DNA of 64,000 bases from Gemmatimonadota bacterium (lineage in GTDB: Bacteria; Latescibacterota; UBA2968; UBA8231). Both the position numbers and the translations under genes were made by a program. Of this stretch, positions 58,190-64,000 are shown piece by piece (within the stretch, counting starts at the first letter, position 1; every line of letters begins with the position of its first letter). The stretch covers positions 1 through 64,000 of the forward strand of contig JAYOYH010000005.1 of assembly GCA_038153405.1 (NCBI GenBank), written 5' to 3'. The notes beneath the pieces were generated by a model. It worked only from the letters and a program-made list of their open reading frames with translations. It had not been told where the DNA came from and made no database searches.

Positions 58190-59059
58190 TCACCCTTTCA
58201 GGGCACCTACCGTGATGCCCTTAGTCAAATATTGCTGCAGAAAGGCGTAGACCATCATCGTCGGTGCCATAATCAATACCAAGCCGGCAAAAGCCATGCC
58301 CCAATCGCTGCGATACTGACTGACAATGGTGATATTGGCCAACCCAAGCGGTAGCGTGCGCAGGTGCTGGGCGCCTTCACCCGAGAGAAACATAAACGCC
58401 ATAAAAAACTCGTTCCACGTGCTCAGAAACGAGAAGATGCCAACCGTTATCAAACCCGGACGAGCCAGTGGCAACATAATCTGCCAAAAGGCGCCAAACT
58501 CTCCAGCGCCGTCGATAAGCGCCGATTCGTGCAGACTAGAAGGCAGCGATTTGAAAAAACCGGTGAGTATAAATATGGCAAAGGGCATGCCGAAAGCTAC
58601 GTATACGACGAGCATACCCCAGCGCGAGTTAAGTAAACCGTAGTCTTTCATCTGAAAGAATAGCGGCACGATGGCAAGCTGCAGGGGCACCATCAATCCA
58701 GCTAGGAAGTAGAAGAAAAGCGGACGCACGCCGGGAAAAGTAAAACGCGCCAGCGCATAGGCGGCCATCGCCGCGAGCAGCAGAGAACACAGCACGGTAG
58801 CTACAGTCAGCAGCACGCTATTAAAGAAGTAATCCCCGAAAAATCCCTTGGTCCAGGCGTTGCTGAAATTGATCCACTGCAGATTGTCCAACGCCGGCAG
58901 GCTAAACGGATCGAGAAAAATCTCGCGATCCGTCTTTAACGAAGTATAGAGCAGCCACAGCATTGGATAGAGAACGATCACCAAGTACGTGCACAATGCC
59001 AGATATACAAAGGGTTTGAGCACCGATTCTAAGCGGCCTTCGCGCAGCGTTTCGCTCAT
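58190..59059 (-). CDS. Carbohydrate ABC transporter permease (MalG-like)
   Basis: TSLKT, FFNS, ESALIDGA EAA loop, WNEF, GALKG. Confidence 0.92.
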   Translation of the reverse strand: MSETLREGRLESVLKPFVYLALCTYLVIVLYPMLWLLYTSLKTDREIFLDPFSLPALDNLQWINFSNAWTKGFFGDYFFNSVLLTVATVLCSLLLAAMAAYALARFTFPGVRPLFFYFLAGLMVPLQLAIVPLFFQMKDYGLLNSRWGMLVVYVAFGMPFAIFILTGFFKSLPSSLHESALIDGAGEFGAFWQIMLPLARPGLITVGIFSFLSTWNEFFMAFMFLSGEGAQHLRTLPLGLANITIVSQYRSDWGMAFAGLVLIMAPTMMVYAFLQQYLTKGITVGALKG

Positions 59060-59066
59060 AGCGCCC

Positions 59067-61364
59067 TCAGAACTCCACCGTTTCTCGCTTCATCGCACGC
59101 AGCGTCGCCGTCGTGCCAAAGAAGACCATTAGAAAGAGCAGCACGGCAATCGCCGTAGCCTCGCCAACCTTGAATTCGCCAAACATCGCCTGCACCATGC
59201 GCGTGCCGATAACGTGGTTGTCCGTCGTCGGCGCCTGATTGGTCAGCAACCATATCACCTCAAATGCTTTCATGCCGCCAATGATCATAAAGACGATAGA
59301 GATCGACAACACTTCCCAAATCAGCGGCAGTGTAATCGACCAAAACTGGCGCCATGCCGATGCGCCATCGATATCGGCGGCCTCGTAGAGGCTCTGCGGA
59401 ATGCTCTCCATAGCAGCTAAAAATAGAATCATATTAAAGCCGGCTGCGCCCCAGATGGCCATCGGCACCAGCGCCCAGTAGAGGTTGTCCTGCGCTAGCC
59501 AGGCATAGCCTTCAAAGCCGCCAAGCCCCAAAGCGACCAGCACCGTATTAATCGGTCCGCCCTGCGGGTTGTAGAGGTGCATCCACAGCAGCGTCGCCGC
59601 CACGCCGCCGAGAATATTGGGAAAAAAGAACGCGATGCGAAACAGCTGCGCCCCCCGCACCTGGCGGCTGATGCACACGGCGAGAAACAGAGCCAGCGGC
59701 AGCACGCAGGCCGGTATCACAAACATGATAAACAGGTTGTTGCTCAGCGCGATCCAAAACTCGTCGCTTTCCAAGAGCAGGCGCTCAAAGTGCAGCAGGC
59801 CGACAAAAGTCATCTCCGTCAGGCCATCCCATCGCACGGTGCTCCAGGCAAAGGACTTTATGCTCGGCACAATGACGAAGAGAGTGTAAAATGCAGCGGC
59901 CGGACCGACGAAGAACAGCACCCACAGCCAAGATAAGCGCACGCGGCCGCTGGGATGGGTCACCATTCCGCCGCGGCGCTGCCGCCACTGGCGCGCGGTA
60001 GTATACAGCCAATAGCTCATCGCCAGTGCCAACAGGCCCAGCAGGAGCATCGGCTTCCACACGTGGCGCACAGTAATGCGGTCCGGATCGGCGGCCCGGT
60101 TGCGCACAACGGCGGCGGACGACTCCAACTCGGCAGCACCCTCCTGCGGCGTCATCTGCCCATTGATAATCTTGAAGCGCACGTCGTTGAGAAACTGGTC
60201 CATCTCGGGGAAGCCCTCGCCTGGCGCCGACCCGTAGGTGGTCGTTGCGCGCTGCGCCAGCGACACCAAGTCGCTCAGGTCCTCGCTCAAACGCCCTTGC
60301 ATGGATCCGTCAACGGCGACCAGCACATCGCGCATTTCGGCAAAGGTGCCGGCCATTTCGCGCGATGTCATAAAGCGCATAAAGTCGACGCCCACCTCGG
60401 GATGGGCACTGTTCTTCAAGATGAAAAAATAACCCGACGACGTGTAGATGGCGTCGGCGCTGGCATCGGCCGCTCTGTTTTCCACCGTGGGCAAGTTAAA
60501 GGCGCCGAGGCGAAAGCCGTCAGGGACCTTGCCCATCATTTCACTTTTTAGCCAGGAACCGCAAAACACCATAGCGGCGCGGCCTAAGAAAAACTCCAGC
60601 TGGGCCTCGGTGTGGCTCATGCCCAAGGCACCGGGCTGGAAATAGTCGCGCGCCGTGTGCTGCACCAACCCCAGCGCCTCGACAAACTCGGCGTTGTCAA
60701 AGCTGCCCGGCACCAAATCTTTCTGCTCGTAGTAGCGCTGGCGACCGGCCAGATGGTAGTAGGCGTCGTCTAGTACACCGGCGATATAGCCGGGATAGCG
60801 CCCTTGAAAAGCCAGCGGCCAAATACCGGCATCTTTGATCTGCTGACACAGGGCGTGGAACTCGGCCCAGGTGCGCGGAATATCCCAGCCGTGCTCCTCG
60901 AACAAATTCTTATTATACCAAACGGCGTAAAGCGAGTAGAGCAGCGGGATACCGTAGACCTTGCCATCCTGTGTATAGCGATCGAGGCTCCCCGGCAAAA
61001 ACGATTCGCGCCAGCTGCGATCGCCCTCCCAGTTGGGCCCATCCAGATAGGCGTCCAGCGGCAACACTTCGCCGTTGCGAATGAGCGCCCACCAGTTGAG
61101 GCCAGCATTGCTCACTTCGGGGAACGTGCCCTCGAGAATGCGCACCCGCACTTTGTCGACGATGCGCGGATCGCCGTACAGGTCAACGGCCACATCGGGG
61201 CGCACTGCTTCGTACTGGCGCGCCGTAAGAAAGAAAAAATCGAGACCGGCTCCTCCTTCAAAAAGCGGAACCTCTATGCGCGTGGGGCGAGTTTCCCGTG
61301 TATCTGCAGCGGTGGAATGTACTCCCAATAAGGCCACCCAAAAGCACAGGACTACAAACTTCAC
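59067..61364 (-). CDS. Fused extracellular solute-binding protein + MalF-like carbohydrate ABC permease
   Basis: Signal peptide; SBP motifs DGKVYGIP, YNK.LF...G...P.TW.EF; then TM helices with EAADIDGA; GTG after AAAGGAA. Confidence 0.85.
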   Translation of the reverse strand: MKFVVLCFWVALLGVHSTAADTRETRPTRIEVPLFEGGAGLDFFFLTARQYEAVRPDVAVDLYGDPRIVDKVRVRILEGTFPEVSNAGLNWWALIRNGEVLPLDAYLDGPNWEGDRSWRESFLPGSLDRYTQDGKVYGIPLLYSLYAVWYNKNLFEEHGWDIPRTWAEFHALCQQIKDAGIWPLAFQGRYPGYIAGVLDDAYYHLAGRQRYYEQKDLVPGSFDNAEFVEALGLVQHTARDYFQPGALGMSHTEAQLEFFLGRAAMVFCGSWLKSEMMGKVPDGFRLGAFNLPTVENRAADASADAIYTSSGYFFILKNSAHPEVGVDFMRFMTSREMAGTFAEMRDVLVAVDGSMQGRLSEDLSDLVSLAQRATTTYGSAPGEGFPEMDQFLNDVRFKIINGQMTPQEGAAELESSAAVVRNRAADPDRITVRHVWKPMLLLGLLALAMSYWLYTTARQWRQRRGGMVTHPSGRVRLSWLWVLFFVGPAAAFYTLFVIVPSIKSFAWSTVRWDGLTEMTFVGLLHFERLLLESDEFWIALSNNLFIMFVIPACVLPLALFLAVCISRQVRGAQLFRIAFFFPNILGGVAATLLWMHLYNPQGGPINTVLVALGLGGFEGYAWLAQDNLYWALVPMAIWGAAGFNMILFLAAMESIPQSLYEAADIDGASAWRQFWSITLPLIWEVLSISIVFMIIGGMKAFEVIWLLTNQAPTTDNHVIGTRMVQAMFGEFKVGEATAIAVLLFLMVFFGTTATLRAMKRETVEF

Positions 61365-61424
61365 ACATATTCCTTTCGCCAACGAATAACGATCGACAAC
61401 CAAAACATACCGCGATGAGCACTC

Positions 61425-61483
61425 CACCGCCAATAGAATGGGGAGAAAACCCAATGTATTTTCTCCCCATTCTATTGGCGGTG
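61425..61483. repeat. Perfect 25-bp inverted repeat with 9-nt loop
   Basis: CACCGCCAATAGAATGGGGAGAAAA-CCCAATGTA-TTTTCTCCCCATTCTATTGGCGGTG. Confidence 0.95.
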
Positions 61484-61542
61484 AATAAAGCGCGACCTAC
61501 ACCGATAGAAACCAGTAGACTAGACCGATGCGGCAACCTGTA

Positions 61543-63051
61543 TTACAAGTCGACAGGCCGATCGACCGCGCAGGCAGCCGTTAGGTAGGGATCTTCACCG
61601 CGCGGCCAGCACATAGCGTAGCGGCGCGTGCGACCGCGCTTGTAGCCGGCGTTGTAATAGGTGCTGGTCGCCAGCCACTCCAACAATCGGCGCAGCATAT
61701 CCCCCTGGCACTGGGCGTGTGAGTCGCGATCCCACAGATTGTCTTGCTCGTTGGGATCGGTTTCCAAATCGTAGAGTTCGCCTTGTTCCTGACCGATATA
61801 ATAGACCATCTTGTAGCGCTCTTCGCGCATCATAATCTCGTAATTGTCCTCGCAGAATACGCGCGCGCGCGGGGCAAAGGCATCGCCCTTGCCGGCCAAG
61901 TAGGGAGTTAGCGAGCGCCCCTCCATATAGCTGGGCACGTCCACGCCCGCCGCCTCGAGCAGCGTCGGGCCCAGATCCATCAGCGAGACGAGGTCGCGCG
62001 TCTGCTGTCCACTCAAATCGGGCCGACGGCTGTCGCGCACAATAAGCGGAATATTGGTCACCTGCTCATACATCAGCCACTTATAAGCCAGGGCGTGATC
62101 GCCGAGTAATTCTCCGTGGTCCGAGCAAAAAACCAGCAGGCTGTTGTCCAAATAGCCTTTTTGCGCGAGGGCGTCGAGCACCTTGCCGACCTGTTCGTCG
62201 ACGGTCGTCACCTTGGCGTAGTAGTGCCGGCGCATGCGCTCAATGGCTGCGGTAGATGCAGCGTAGAGGTCGATACCCGACTCGTGGAAGGCCAACGCAT
62301 CGCGCAGGCGCTTTCTATGCGCTTGGTGCTGCGGCGGCTTGCTCATCAACTCGCCTTCATCGCCTATCGGCAGGGGCATCTGGCGCCCGGCGTAGAGATC
62401 GAGGTGGCGCTGCAGCGGGTCCCACGGCTCGTGCGGACCGGTAAAACCCACCTGCAGGAAGAGCGGCCCGTCACCGCGGTGTGCGCCGATCCAACTGGCG
62501 GCCATATCGCCGATATAGACATCGCTGTGCAAGCGCTCTTCCAGCTCCCAAACCGCCCCCTGCAGCTTCTGCCGCCAAGCGGGATCCTTCAGATGGCGGT
62601 CGTAGGGCCGCTCGGCGCCGTTAAGCGTCAAAAAGCGCCCCCAATCGTCGTCATCGCGACCGCTGGCCAGAGAGCCATTGTTGGGATTTTCAACGACGAC
62701 GCGCTCGTGAAAGCCGCCCGCCGCCCGCACCGGGCCGAAGTGCATCTTGCCTATATTGACGCACCAATACCCCGCTTCGGCTAAATCTTCAACCCAGTTG
62801 CGGTGGTGCGCCCACTCGTCAAAGGCGTAGACGCCGGTGTTGTGCGGATACATGCCAGTAAATATGGCCGCACGCGACGCCATGCAGGTGGCACCGGGAC
62901 AGTACGCATTGCGAAAAGACAGCCCCTCTGCCGCGAGGCGATCCATATGCGGCGTCGTCATGTGCTGATATCCCCAGGCGCCAATGGTATCGACGCGCTG
63001 CTGATCGGTCATGATCAAAACGATGTGGGGGCGTTCGTTGCGCATGTCCAT
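61543..63051 (-). CDS. Formylglycine-type (S1) sulfatase
   Basis: IMTDQQR, TP.MD.LA.EG, CMASRAAIFTG, GKMH, PHEP, SDHG, ELYDLETDP.E..NL. Confidence 0.92.
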   Translation of the reverse strand: MDMRNERPHIVLIMTDQQRVDTIGAWGYQHMTTPHMDRLAAEGLSFRNAYCPGATCMASRAAIFTGMYPHNTGVYAFDEWAHHRNWVEDLAEAGYWCVNIGKMHFGPVRAAGGFHERVVVENPNNGSLASGRDDDDWGRFLTLNGAERPYDRHLKDPAWRQKLQGAVWELEERLHSDVYIGDMAASWIGAHRGDGPLFLQVGFTGPHEPWDPLQRHLDLYAGRQMPLPIGDEGELMSKPPQHQAHRKRLRDALAFHESGIDLYAASTAAIERMRRHYYAKVTTVDEQVGKVLDALAQKGYLDNSLLVFCSDHGELLGDHALAYKWLMYEQVTNIPLIVRDSRRPDLSGQQTRDLVSLMDLGPTLLEAAGVDVPSYMEGRSLTPYLAGKGDAFAPRARVFCEDNYEIMMREERYKMVYYIGQEQGELYDLETDPNEQDNLWDRDSHAQCQGDMLRRLLEWLATSTYYNAGYKRGRTRRYAMCWPRGEDPYLTAACAVDRPVDL

Positions 63052-63073
63052 GTCCTCTCTTTTTACCGCAATC

Positions 63074-63808
63074 TCAGCCGAGCAGATCGGCGCTGTCGAC
63101 GCTAGGACACCAGAACTTTTCGATAAATTCGACCACCAGTCGCGTGCCCTCTTCGTGACTGACGTAGGGCGGCATCGCCGGATTGTACATGGTGTCCGTC
63201 AGGTCGCGCACCAGTGCCACATCGACGCCCCAGCGCACCATTTGCTTGATGGCAAAGCTCCGGTGCAAAACGCACATATTGGTATGCACGCCCATGATGA
63301 GCAGGTGTTTGATGCCCCGATGCCGTAGAACACTATACACTTCGACGCCGCGATCGCTGACGATATCGCGCCCCTCGTCGATTTCAATGGCCGGGTGCTG
63401 GCGCGTCCAGGCCCTTTGGGGCACGTCGTCCGGCGTGTCGGAGCCGTCGTCCGACGCGTCGATCGGCAGCGCTGGATCGGGGCGATCGGCATCCGCGGGC
63501 GGCTCTAGCAGCGGCGCCTCTCCCACGCGCCGACGGGCAGTAGAATCCGCGTAAAAATCCATCGTATCGGACGGAGCGTGCACGATCTGCACGCCTTTGG
63601 CACGCGCAGCGGCCACGACCTGCTGCATGCGCGGCAGCAGCTCATCTAGACGCTCCACCGCCCCGCGGCACCAGTGTCCGTCCCACACATCGCACAGCAG
63701 CAGCGCCGTCTCCTCGGCCGGCCAGTCGCGCACGTCCTCGCGCATCGCCCAGATGGCGCGCTGGTTGGCATCCCGTTCTAACGCACGCCGGCGCAGGGTA
63801 AGCTCCAT
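63074..63808 (-). CDS. Isochorismatase/cysteine hydrolase family protein
   Basis: TALLLCDVW, IVHAPS, MGVHTNMCV, VRDLTD. Confidence 0.8.
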   Translation of the reverse strand: MELTLRRRALERDANQRAIWAMREDVRDWPAEETALLLCDVWDGHWCRGAVERLDELLPRMQQVVAAARAKGVQIVHAPSDTMDFYADSTARRRVGEAPLLEPPADADRPDPALPIDASDDGSDTPDDVPQRAWTRQHPAIEIDEGRDIVSDRGVEVYSVLRHRGIKHLLIMGVHTNMCVLHRSFAIKQMVRWGVDVALVRDLTDTMYNPAMPPYVSHEEGTRLVVEFIEKFWCPSVDSADLLG

Positions 63809-63820
63809 TTTCCCCTCCCC

Positions 63821-64000
63821 CTAGTGCATGGCCGCGCGCACAATATCGCGCGCGCGCAGCAAGTCGTCGCGCGAGCGGTAGTACTCGAGCACGAAGTAGG
63901 GCACCGGCGCGTGCTGCTGCAGCGCCGCAATATAGGCCCCGTAGTCGAGCCTGCCCGAGCCTATCGGCCCGTAATCAGCCACTTCGCCGCTGTCGTTAAA
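63821..64000 (-). CDS. C-terminal fragment, probable sugar phosphate isomerase/epimerase (TIM barrel)
   Basis: Reads FNDSGEVADYGPIGSGRLDYGAYIAALQQHAPVPYFVLEYY...AAMH*; P.G.G.LD(Y)...LE pattern; gene starts beyond the window. Confidence 0.55.
   Translation of the reverse strand, partial: FNDSGEVADYGPIGSGRLDYGAYIAALQQHAPVPYFVLEYYRSRDDLLRARDIVRAAMH

Noticed and set aside
62870..62900. Sulfatase motif CMASR instead of CxPxR
   Set aside because: CxAxR is a known functional variant of the S1 sulfatase motif.
1..64000. CRISPR arrays, rRNA, tRNA, transposases, integrases, prophage or defence genes
   Set aside because: None recognisable by eye; intergenic regions are short and lack spaced direct repeats. 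A covariance-model scan could still find small RNAs.

Overview
GC-rich bacterial chromosome segment with about 65 densely packed CDS and no rRNA, tRNA, CRISPR array or transposase that I can recognise. A Por/T9SS-like C-terminal tail protein plus several Gfo/Idh/MocA, PhyH and sulfatase genes suggest an FCB-group, probably marine organism such as Latescibacterota (inference). Main blocks: metK(3' end)-gsmt-sdmt-BCCT betaine synthesis/uptake (1-3.4 kb); sugar-catabolic clusters (3.5-8.3, 35-43, 58-64 kb); a YkgJ/HDOD/HisKA-only/Npt-HEAT-cNMP signalling run (9.7-17 kb); a lipoprotein plus L,D-transpeptidase block; and housekeeping genes apgM, recJ, rsmB-PASTA-rpe and ffh-rpsP-rimM-trmD-rplS. The most interesting locus is 43.4-51.5 kb. 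There, a c-di-GMP-I (GEMM-I)-fold riboswitch with substitutions at two ligand-pocket positions (A47G and C92U, Vc2 numbering) and a readable ON-type expression platform precedes a solitary fliG. This is followed by three tandem L-amino-acid-ligase-like ATP-grasp genes, a CTPxD-type PLP decarboxylase and a Na+/solute symporter, which together form a candidate uncharacterised biosynthetic system. All calls come from manual motif reading; no database search was run.
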